DNA from: an uncultured cyanobacterium
GTDB taxonomy: Bacteria > Cyanobacteriota > Cyanobacteriia > CAKZMO01
DNA length: 64,000 bases
Assembly: GCA_963719515.1 (NCBI GenBank)
Contig: CAVRCJ010000010.1
Span: 96,001 to 160,000, forward strand
Direction of reading: 5' to 3'
The notes below the pieces were generated by a model. It searched no databases and was not told where the DNA came from. It was given only the letters and a program-made list of their open reading frames with translations. The translations under genes were made by a program, and so were the position numbers. Positions 10,539-19,312 of this stretch are shown here, one piece after another (position 1 is the first letter of the stretch; the number at the start of each line of letters is the position of its first letter).

Positions 10539-10818
10539 AGAGATAGCAAGGTGATACACCCCGCAAAGAGTGTGACGGGCCCGTAGGCGAAAGCTGCAAG
10601 TCACCCGTTCCTCAGTTTGCAAATGTATCTGCGACACATAGTGCGTATCCTCCCTCGCGGAGATGAAAATTCAAAACTCTGCCGTGGGGCATCAGGCGGA
10701 GTATAAACCTATCTCAGGATATGTCTCGGCAATAGCTGGGAGTCACTGAGGAAGCCCGCGCTGTACAGCTTGCTGTCAGCGTCGGGAGGATGTCACTTAT
10801 ACCGGTTTAATTGCGACT

Positions 10819-11454
10819 GTGATTATTTTTGATTTTGATGGAACAATTGCAGATTCTTTAGGGGCGCTGGTCACGGCGTCCAATCGTTTAGCGCGCGAAT
10901 TTAACTACGCTGAGATCAGCTATACCCAGGTCAAACATCTGCAGACCCTCAGCTCTCGGGAGATTATTCAGCAGTCTAAGATATCGGTGTTCAAGGTTCC
11001 TTTCTTAATGAAGCGTCTGCGGACGGAGATGGGCCAGGAGATGAAAACCGTAAAGCCCATAGACGGGATTGAATCAGCGCTGGCCCAGCTGAAAGAGCTG
11101 GGATATTCTTTGGGAATCGTCACCTCTAACTCCACCGAAAACGTCGACGAATTTCTTTACCACAACCACCTGACAGACACCTTTGACTTCACCCATTCAG
11201 CGGCGACTCTATTTGGAAAGCACCGGATCCTTAGGCGCTTAATTCGCGATCGCCAGCTCGACTTAAAGTCGACAATTTATGTGGGAGACGAAACGCGAGA
11301 CATCGTCTCGGCCAAGCGCATCCCCATCAGCGTCGTCGCTGTAAGCTGGGGCTACAACGCCAAAGAGATCTTGCAGCAGCACCAGCCCGACTACCTGGCC
11401 CATCACCCCAATGAACTCGCGGCGGCGGTGCATCAGCTTGACCCACGAAGCTAG
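10819..11454 (+). CDS. HAD-IA family hydrolase (phosphoglycolate-phosphatase-like)
   Basis: IIFDFDGTIADS motif I, VTSN motif II, YVGDETRD motif IV. Confidence 0.9.
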   Translation: MIIFDFDGTIADSLGALVTASNRLAREFNYAEISYTQVKHLQTLSSREIIQQSKISVFKVPFLMKRLRTEMGQEMKTVKPIDGIESALAQLKELGYSLGIVTSNSTENVDEFLYHNHLTDTFDFTHSAATLFGKHRILRRLIRDRQLDLKSTIYVGDETRDIVSAKRIPISVVAVSWGYNAKEILQQHQPDYLAHHPNELAAAVHQLDPRS

Positions 11455-13906
11455 GGGCGCGGGCGCGGTCGACCTACAGTCCGTCCTCGACTGGTTCAAC
11501 CGCCAAGGCTGGCAGCCTCTTACCTTTCAGCAGCAGACTTGGCAGGCTTATCTGGCGGGGCGCAGCGGGCTGATTCAGGTGCCCACAGGGTCCGGAAAAA
11601 CCTACGGAGCCGTTATGGGGCCTATTGCCCGCATGCTGGGCGACCCCGGTGGCGGCCTCCGGCTGCTCTACATCACGCCGCTGCGATCGCTCTCCCGCGA
11701 CATCGAGCAGTCTATTCTGCTGCCCATTGAGGCGATGGGCTGGCCGCTGACCGTACAGTCCCGCACGGGAGACACCTCTTCTGCCCGCAAGGCAAGGCAG
11801 CTCAAGGCCATGCCCCACATTTTGATCACCACTCCAGAATCCCTGACGGTGATGCTCTCTTACAAAGCCGTCCGGAACTGCTTCGCTGCCCTAGAGACCG
11901 TGGTGCTGGACGAATGGCACGAGCTGCTGAGCAGCAAGCGAGGCACCCAGCTGGAGCTGTGCTTGTCCTATCTGCGCGCCCTGCGGCCCCAGCTGCAAAC
12001 CTGGGCCATCTCCGCTACCCTGGGCAATCTGGAAGAAGCGGCCCAAACTGCCGTGGGCTTGGGCACCGATCCGGTTATCGTGCAGTCGAATCTACGGCGA
12101 GAAACCATCATCCGCAGCGTGCTGCCCGCCAGCGTCGACGCCTTTCCCTGGGCGGGGCATCTGGGCCTGCGGCTGTTTCAAGAGCTGGTGGACGCCCTCG
12201 ATATTGCCGCCTCAACGCTGATTTTCACCAACACCCGCTCCCAGGCGGAGCGCTGGTATCAGGCCCTGCAGTACGCTATGCCGGAGCACGGCGATCGCAT
12301 TGCTCTGCACCACGGCTCGGTGGATGCCAAAGCGCGCTCGGCGATTGAGGCGGGGTTGAAAACCGGGGACATTAAGTGGGTGGTCTGCACCTCGTCTTTA
12401 GACTTGGGGGTAGACTTCCAGCCCGTGGAGCGGGTGGTGCAGGTGGGCAGCGCTAAAAACCTGGCGCGGCTGCTGCAGCGGGCAGGGCGCTCGGCCCACG
12501 TCCCGGAGGGAACGTCTGAGCTGGTGTTTTTGCCCACCAATGCGCTGGAGCTAGTGGAAATCTCGGCCTTTCGGCGGGGGCTGGCGGCGGGGGCGATAGA
12601 GTCTCGCCGTCCTCTGCGCTGTCCCTACGACGTGCTGATTCAGCATTTAGTGACCCTGGCCTGCGGGGAGGGATTTGAGGCGCAGGCGACGCTGGCGCAG
12701 GTGAGGCGAACGGCGGCGTTTGAGTCACTCACGGACGAGGAGTTTGACTGGATCCTCACCTTTATTGAGCAGGGGGGCAAATGCCTCAGCGCCTATCCCC
12801 ACTACCGCAAAGTGGTTCGAGAGGCCGATGAGCTTTCGGCAGCGGGTCATCGCTACCGCATCGCCGACGCCAAGCTGGCCCGCATGCACCGCCTCAGCAT
12901 CGGCACCATCACCTCTAATTCCCTGGTGCGCATCGCCTACACCAACCGCAAGCCCATCGGCACCGTAGAGGAGAACTTCATCTCCCGCCTCAAGCCGGGG
13001 GACGTGTTCTTTTTTGCGGGGCGGCAGCTGGAGTTTTGGCGCATGCGGGATATGGTGGTCTACGTGCGCAACACCCGCAAAAAGTCCACCGTCACCCCCA
13101 CCTGGCGGGGCAGCACTCTCGCCTTTTCCGATACCCTCAGCACCTACCTGCGTCAGGAGCTAGATGCGGCTCGCGACAGCCCATTGGCGAACGAAGAGCT
13201 AGAGTGCGTTTCCCCCATCTTAGAAACCCAGGCCTACCTCTCCCACCTGCCCGCCAAAAGCGAGCTGCTGATCGAAACCTGCAAAACTCGGGAAGGGCAG
13301 CACCTGTACGTGTTCCCCTTGGAGGGGCGAGCGGTGCATGAGGGGCTGGGCTTTTTGTGGGGCTACCGCTTTGCCCAGCAGCAGCGGGCCACCTTTACGA
13401 TTTCTGTTAACGACTACGGCTTTGAGATTTTGGCTCCCAAGGGCTACCCGTTTCAGGAGCTGTTTAGCGAAGATTTCTTTGACCGCAGCACCCTAGAAGC
13501 CGACATCAAGGCCTCCCTGAATATCTCAGAGCTGACCCAGCGGCGCTTTCGCGGCATTGCCCAGGTGGCGGGGCTGGTGTTTAAGGGCTACCCCTCTTCT
13601 CGCAAAACGGCCAGCCAGCTGCAGGTGAGTTCCTCCCTGCTGCATGAGGTATTTTGCAAGTATGAGCCGGACAATCTCCTGCTGCGGCAGGCGGAGCAGG
13701 AGGTATTGCAGCAGCAGCTTGACGGCGATCGCCTGGCTCAGACCCTAGAGCGCCTGCAGGGGTTTACGGTGGTGTGGCAGCAGACCCGCCGCCCGTCGCC
13801 GCTGGCTTTTCCGCTGCTGGTGGAGCGCCTCAGTTCGAAGTTGTCGAATGAGAGCCTGATGCAGCGCATTGAGCGAATGAAGCAGCAGTGGGACAAATCG
13901 CGGTAG
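11411..13906 (+). CDS. Ligase-associated DNA damage response DEXH-box helicase (Lhr-core family); exact start uncertain
   Basis: PTGSGKT, DEWHE, ISAT, TSSLDLGVD, QRAGRS motifs; C-terminal SPLAFPLLVERL typical of the family. Confidence 0.9.
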   Translation: MNSRRRCISLTHEARGAGAVDLQSVLDWFNRQGWQPLTFQQQTWQAYLAGRSGLIQVPTGSGKTYGAVMGPIARMLGDPGGGLRLLYITPLRSLSRDIEQSILLPIEAMGWPLTVQSRTGDTSSARKARQLKAMPHILITTPESLTVMLSYKAVRNCFAALETVVLDEWHELLSSKRGTQLELCLSYLRALRPQLQTWAISATLGNLEEAAQTAVGLGTDPVIVQSNLRRETIIRSVLPASVDAFPWAGHLGLRLFQELVDALDIAASTLIFTNTRSQAERWYQALQYAMPEHGDRIALHHGSVDAKARSAIEAGLKTGDIKWVVCTSSLDLGVDFQPVERVVQVGSAKNLARLLQRAGRSAHVPEGTSELVFLPTNALELVEISAFRRGLAAGAIESRRPLRCPYDVLIQHLVTLACGEGFEAQATLAQVRRTAAFESLTDEEFDWILTFIEQGGKCLSAYPHYRKVVREADELSAAGHRYRIADAKLARMHRLSIGTITSNSLVRIAYTNRKPIGTVEENFISRLKPGDVFFFAGRQLEFWRMRDMVVYVRNTRKKSTVTPTWRGSTLAFSDTLSTYLRQELDAARDSPLANEELECVSPILETQAYLSHLPAKSELLIETCKTREGQHLYVFPLEGRAVHEGLGFLWGYRFAQQQRATFTISVNDYGFEILAPKGYPFQELFSEDFFDRSTLEADIKASLNISELTQRRFRGIAQVAGLVFKGYPSSRKTASQLQVSSSLLHEVFCKYEPDNLLLRQAEQEVLQQQLDGDRLAQTLERLQGFTVVWQQTRRPSPLAFPLLVERLSSKLSNESLMQRIERMKQQWDKSR

Positions 13907-13936
13907 AACAAATCGCGGTAGGACAAGTCGGCCTGG
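13892..13936 (+). repeat. 15-bp tandem triplication spanning the helicase stop codon
   Basis: gacaaatcgcggtag / aacaaatcgcggtag / gacaagtcggcctgg. Confidence 0.75.
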
Positions 13937-14043
13937 GCCTTTGCCCTTCTCAGCCATAGGCTCTACAGAGCAGAGGAATACAACCCGCCCACGTCAAGCC
14001 CGCTGACCCGAGCGCCGGTACCACCCGACGGCATGCCGTGGCG

Positions 14044-14148
14044 CTACTCTTCGCTGCCCTGGAGGCGCAGCAGCAAGAAGCCCAGGGCTAGCCCCACCAA
14101 AATGAGGGTGGAGGACAAAATAGCGGCGTTAAAAATTTCACTGTTCAT
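14044..14148 (-). CDS. petM: Cytochrome b6f complex subunit PetM
   Basis: 34 aa MNSEIFNAAILSSTLILVGLALGFLLLRLQGSEE; divergent from pdxA as is common in cyanobacteria. Confidence 0.92.
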   Translation of the reverse strand: MNSEIFNAAILSSTLILVGLALGFLLLRLQGSEE

Positions 14149-14227
14149 GGCGTTCAATAAAGCGTTTCTACATCCGTCTGCATACCGTATTCTAGAGCAG
14201 TTCGTGACACATTGAATTGGATTCACT

Positions 14228-15307
14228 ATGGAGCCCTCCCCTTCGCCTCAGCTCGCCGTTCCTTTGGGCGACCCCGCCGGGATAGGCACTGAAGTTGTGC
14301 TGAAAGCCCTCGCCGACCCCGAAATTCAGCCGCTGCTGCCCCACATCACCTTGGTGGGCGATCGCCGCCTGCTGCACCGCACCTACGAGCAGCTCTGCGA
14401 CACCCTGCGCTCAGCCGGGCGATCGCCCGATCTGATTGCCCCGACGGCCCTAGCCGTACTGGACGTGGATATCGCGCCTCAGCTGACCGCAGACATTACC
14501 CTAGGTCAGGGCAACGCCGCCAGCGGTGAGGCCAGCTTTCAGTTTTTGCAGGCGGCGCTGGACGAGACGATCGTAGGGCGATTTCAGGGGGTGGTGACGG
14601 CCCCCATCGCCAAGTCAGCCTGGGCGGCGGCGGGGCATTTGTATCCGGGACAAACTGAGCTGCTCGCTGAGCGAGGCGGCAGCAGCCGGGTGGGGATGAT
14701 GTTCGTGGCGCGATCGCCCCACACCGGCTGGACGTTGCGCGCCCTGTTGGCCACCACCCACATTCCCCTACGACAGGTTTCTAGCGCTCTGACGCCCGAA
14801 CTGCTGCTTGGAAAACTGGCGCTCTTTATCCAGTCCCTGCAGCAGGACTTTGGCATTGACCAGCCGCGCATTGCCCTAGCCGGGCTGAATCCTCACAGCG
14901 GCGAGGCGGGGCAGCTGGGCCGAGAAGAGCAAGACTGGATTACGCCTTGGATTCAAACCGCCAACGACAGCTTGCCGGGGGTGCAGCTTCAAGGGCCGGT
15001 GCCTCCCGATACGATGTGGGTGAGCCCCGGACAGGCCTGGTACGGCATCGGTGACCCCGCTCCCCACGACGGCTACATCGCTCTATACCACGACCAGGGG
15101 CTAATTCCTGTCAAGCTGATGGCCTTTGACCGGGCCGTGAACACCACCATCGGCCTGCCCTTTGTGCGCACGTCCCCCGACCACGGCACCGCGTTCGACA
15201 TCGCGGGGCAGGGGGTTGCCGACGCCACGAGCTTTAAGGCGGCGCTGCAGCTCGCCGTGGAGCTAGCCCACCGACGCTCAGGGCTGCCTCAGGCAGTTGT
15301 GCAGTAA
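14228..15307 (+). CDS. pdxA: 4-hydroxythreonine-4-phosphate dehydrogenase
   Basis: [43 protein letters not shown]. Confidence 0.97.
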   Translation: MEPSPSPQLAVPLGDPAGIGTEVVLKALADPEIQPLLPHITLVGDRRLLHRTYEQLCDTLRSAGRSPDLIAPTALAVLDVDIAPQLTADITLGQGNAASGEASFQFLQAALDETIVGRFQGVVTAPIAKSAWAAAGHLYPGQTELLAERGGSSRVGMMFVARSPHTGWTLRALLATTHIPLRQVSSALTPELLLGKLALFIQSLQQDFGIDQPRIALAGLNPHSGEAGQLGREEQDWITPWIQTANDSLPGVQLQGPVPPDTMWVSPGQAWYGIGDPAPHDGYIALYHDQGLIPVKLMAFDRAVNTTIGLPFVRTSPDHGTAFDIAGQGVADATSFKAALQLAVELAHRRSGLPQAVVQ

Positions 15308-15367
15308 TCGATTTATCTTTGGTTAATGCCGCCTTGAGTAAATTTTGCTTCCCGAAACCGTCTCCCT

Positions 15368-16795
15368 ATGCAAGCCCCACCTCACAATTCTGCGCCCCAG
15401 GACTCTGCGCCACCGTTAAGCGTCTGGACCAAACTGGCCTACGGGGCCGGGGGCATTGGCAGCTCTGCCACCGGCAGCATGCTGGTGTTCTTCTTTCTAT
15501 TTTTCCTGACTGACGTTGCCGGACTGTCGGCGGCATTGGCGGGCAGCGTCCTGATGCTGGGGCAAGTCAGCGACGCCATCAGCGACCCGCTAGTGGGGCT
15601 GCTGAGCGATCGCACCCAGTCCCGCTGGGGCCGCCGCTACCCCTGGATGGTGCTAGGCGTTGTTCCCTTCGGACTGGCGTTTGCGCTGCTGTGGTTCATT
15701 CCCACTGCCAATCCCTGGGTCATGTTTGCCTATTACAGCATCGTTGGTATCGTCTATAAAACGGCGCTCACGGCGGTGTATCTGCCCTATGTTTCTCTCA
15801 CCCCCGATTTGGCGCAAGACTACAATGAGCGCACAAGGCTCAACAGCTTTCGCTTTGCCTTTTCTATTGGCAGCAGTATTCTTGCGCTCGGGCTGGGGGC
15901 GCTGTTGTTTGGCGCGATTGACGATGTGGCGGCTCGATATCGGGCTCTGGGGGTCGTTGGCGGGGCGCTGTGCATCGTCGCGCCGCTGCTGTGCATTTGG
16001 GGCACCTACCCCCGCGCAATGGCGGCAGAGCGGCAGCGCCAAAAGCGGGCCGTCCCTCCCCGAATGCCGATGCTCAAGCAGCTGAGGGTGGTGTTCTCTA
16101 ACCGCCCCTTTTTGCTCGTGATGGTTATCTATCTTTGCTCTTGGCTCGCCGCCCAGCTGACGGCGGTTGTAATGCAGTATTTCGTGGTCAGCTGGATGCA
16201 GCTTCCCGCTAGTCGGTTCACTCAGTTTGCGATCTTGGTCCAGGGGACGGCGCTGCTGATGCTGTTTGTGTGGAGTTGGGTGAGCCAGCGCATGGGGAAG
16301 CGGTTTGTTTACTTTATGGGCAGCGGGCTGTGGGTGGTGGCTCAGTTTGGCTTTTTCTTTTTGCAGCCAGGACAGGTGGGGCTGCTGCTCGTGCTTGGGG
16401 TGATGGCGGGCTTCGGCGTCTCGACCGCCTACCTGGTGCCCTGGTCAATGCTGCCGGATGTGATTGAGCTAGATGAGCTAAACACAGGCCACAGACGAGA
16501 GGGAACCTTCTACGCCTTTATGGTCATGCTTCAAAAGGTGGGGCTGGCGGCGGGGCTATTTGTTGTGGGGCAAGCGCTAGAGTGGGCAGGCTACCTAGAG
16601 ACGGTCGCCGGAGAGCCGAGCGCGGTACAGCCCCAGGCGGCGCTGCTGGTCATTCGGCTGGCCATCGGGCCGGTGTCGGCGCTGATTCTTTGCGTAGGGC
16701 TGGTGGCGGCCTATCTCTATCCCATCACTCAAGAGGTCCATGCTGAAATTGTGCTGAAGCTGCGATCGCAGCGAAATCAGCTGAACAACGGCTAG
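15368..16795 (+). CDS. GPH/MelB-family MFS sugar:cation symporter
   Basis: DAISDPLVGLLSDRTQSRWGRR, ERTRLNSFR, MLPDVIE...RREG motifs; about 12 TMs. Confidence 0.9.
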   Translation: MQAPPHNSAPQDSAPPLSVWTKLAYGAGGIGSSATGSMLVFFFLFFLTDVAGLSAALAGSVLMLGQVSDAISDPLVGLLSDRTQSRWGRRYPWMVLGVVPFGLAFALLWFIPTANPWVMFAYYSIVGIVYKTALTAVYLPYVSLTPDLAQDYNERTRLNSFRFAFSIGSSILALGLGALLFGAIDDVAARYRALGVVGGALCIVAPLLCIWGTYPRAMAAERQRQKRAVPPRMPMLKQLRVVFSNRPFLLVMVIYLCSWLAAQLTAVVMQYFVVSWMQLPASRFTQFAILVQGTALLMLFVWSWVSQRMGKRFVYFMGSGLWVVAQFGFFFLQPGQVGLLLVLGVMAGFGVSTAYLVPWSMLPDVIELDELNTGHRREGTFYAFMVMLQKVGLAAGLFVVGQALEWAGYLETVAGEPSAVQPQAALLVIRLAIGPVSALILCVGLVAAYLYPITQEVHAEIVLKLRSQRNQLNNG

Positions 16796-16921
16796 GGCCT
16801 ATCGCATCAGGGGCCGAAAATGCCCCGCGCCAGTCCGTTTGACCTGCAACAACGGCCACAGAAAATCTGGGCTGCTGCCGATAAGCTAGCGGGAATGTGC
16901 AGAGATAGAGGACTTAGAAAA

Positions 16922-17947
16922 ATGAGTGGATTGGGCGGTCTTAATAAAACCCCAAACGGCGTTGTTTTGGGCATGGTACAGATGCAGCTTCCCAACGTGG
17001 CCACCCCAGAGGACCTCTCTGCTCAAACCCAGCGCATCTGCGACATGGTGGCTAAGGCACGCCGCAACATGCCCACCCTAGACCTGGTGGTGTTTCCAGA
17101 ATACTCGCTGCACGGCCTGTCGATGGCCACCCAGCCCGAAATCATGTGCCGGCTTGATGGCCCCGAAGTAGAAGCATTTCGCCAAGCCTGTATCACTCAC
17201 CACATCTGGGGCTGCTTCTCCATCATGGAGTACAACCCTGACGGCAATCCCTACAACAGCGGCATTATTATTGATGACAAGGGCGAGCTGGCCCTCTACT
17301 ACCGCAAGCTGCACCCGTGGGTCCCCGTCGAACCTTGGGAGCCCGGCAACATCGGCATTCCCGTCTGCAGCGGCCCCAACGGCAGCAAAATCGCTCTCAT
17401 CATTTGTCACGACGGCATGTTCCCGGAGATGGCCCGCGAATGCGCCTATAAGGGGGCAGAAATTATGATTCGGACGGCGGGCTACACGGCTCCGATTCGC
17501 CACAGCTGGCGCGTCACCAATCAGGCCAACGCCTTCTGTAACTTGATGGTGACCGCGTCGGTGTGCATGTGCGGCAGCGACGGCACGTTTGACTCCATGG
17601 GTGAAGGCATGATCGTCAACTTCGACGGAGAGCCGCTAGTCCTGGGGAGCCACCGCCCCGACGAGATTATTACCGCCGAGGTCCGCCCCGATCTGGTGCG
17701 GGAAGCGCGCAAATACTGGTCAGTAGAAAACAATATCTACCAGTTTGGCCACCGGGGCTACACGGCGGTCAAAGGCGGCGCGCAAGACTGCCCCTACACC
17801 TACATGCAGGATATGGTGGCGGGCAACTATCGCCTCCCTTGGGAGGATGAGGTGGTGCATACCGACGGCACGTCCTGTGGTTTTGACGCGCCCACCCGGG
17901 AGTATCAGGGAGAGGGCTCTGATGCGGTCTTGAGCCAGGTCGAGTGA
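16922..17947 (+). CDS. Formamidase (nitrilase superfamily, AmiF-like)
   Basis: Starts MSGLGGLNKTPNG; catalytic E (FPEY), K (YRKLHPW), C (ICHDGMFPE). Confidence 0.9.
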   Translation: MSGLGGLNKTPNGVVLGMVQMQLPNVATPEDLSAQTQRICDMVAKARRNMPTLDLVVFPEYSLHGLSMATQPEIMCRLDGPEVEAFRQACITHHIWGCFSIMEYNPDGNPYNSGIIIDDKGELALYYRKLHPWVPVEPWEPGNIGIPVCSGPNGSKIALIICHDGMFPEMARECAYKGAEIMIRTAGYTAPIRHSWRVTNQANAFCNLMVTASVCMCGSDGTFDSMGEGMIVNFDGEPLVLGSHRPDEIITAEVRPDLVREARKYWSVENNIYQFGHRGYTAVKGGAQDCPYTYMQDMVAGNYRLPWEDEVVHTDGTSCGFDAPTREYQGEGSDAVLSQVE

Positions 17948-17980
17948 GCCGCTTTGAGGCGGTAGTGCCACTCTGCTGCG

Positions 17981-19235
17981 TTAGCTGGAGACGCGAAACA
18001 GCAGCAGCTGGGTAAACTGGTCATCGCTAAAGTTATCGTCGCTGATCATCAACAGGCTACGGCTGCCGTCCGCCAAACGGGGCCCAAAGCTCATGCCCTC
18101 AATGTTATCTAGCGCAATGCCTAGCTCCGACAAATCCAGCGCCAGCCGTTTGCGAATGGGCTGAATTGAATTGACGGAAGCAGAAAACCGCTCAATGCCT
18201 GAGGTGTCGGTCGCCCCGCCCGTCGCGATTTGAAACAGTTTAATGCCGCTGCCCCCCAGCCCGAAGGATCGCTCTATGCTGAGGAAGTGACCGGGGTCTA
18301 GCGGCAGCAGCTCTACGAGGCCATTGTTAAATGCGCCAAACGGCTTTGGCTCAATGGGGTAGAGGTGCTCGGCGATCAAGAGCGTTTGATCTTCTCCCAC
18401 AAGATAATGCATCAGTCGCCCCTGAGCCGGTTCGTCTGGCGATTCCCCTTCGGGCATGTCCTGAACTAGGGGTTCCTCGATCGCCGCGAACACCCGAAAC
18501 GGCTCCATCAGCCCCGTCCCCAGCCGCTCGGTCACGATGGTGAGGGCCTCAAATCCCCGGTTGTCCTGCACGCCCTGGGACACGACCTCTTCATTGGGCT
18601 GCGGACTTGCGGTGCTGGTTTGCAGGACGGCCTGCTGCGGAATGTAGCGCTCTGGGATAGGCAGCTGCCCCACGCGCTGACCGCCGAGGTCAAACTCGTC
18701 GATGAACGGGGGAATGCGGTCCCGGCTGACGCCCTCGCTGGCGATGAACAGCGTGTCTCTGGGGGAGAGGGCGATCGCTTCTGGGTCGAGGCTGCCGGGG
18801 GGGAACGGCTCGCCGGTTTCGTCCTTTAAAAAGGTAACGGCTTCGATATCGAGGCGGGTGATGCTGGGCGTCTTCGGGCGAGATTTGCAGCTGCGCGGTG
18901 TAGAATCTGGCGGGCGATCGCTCGCTGCGGTCGTCGGAAAGCAAATAGAGGCGATCGCGCTCTCGGTCGTAGCTGAGGGCGGAGAGTCCGCGCACGGGGG
19001 TGCCGTCAAATTCTTCCGTTGAGGGCAGGCGGTATTCGTCCAAAAACTCGACAGAGACGGGTAGAAAGAGTCGGTCTTCGGCGCTGACCCGGGGGATGGC
19101 GCAGCCGGCGAGGGGGATGAGTAGGGCGAGGAGGCAGAGGGCTCGCCCGAGACGTCGGGTAACGGCCTCGAAGAGGCTCGACTTCGGCAGCCCGCGCTTC
19201 AGCTGCGGGCGAAGATGCTGATAAGACCTGACCAT
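17981..19235 (-). CDS. Esterase-like activity of phytase family lipoprotein, split by one frameshift near 18866-18869
   Basis: N-half (LIPLAGC lipobox, GLSALSYD, LSDDRS, ARFYT) and C-half (DPEAIAL, NRGFEAL, DNIEGM, SDDNF) lie in different frames, joining at GAC GCC C|AGC in a C run. Confidence 0.8.
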
Positions 19236-19312
19236 TGCCAACCTCTCCGCACACCGGTGTTCAAGTCTCATATTATCTGCACTCCTTTGAGGTTGTGTGG
19301 CGATCGCCCGCT

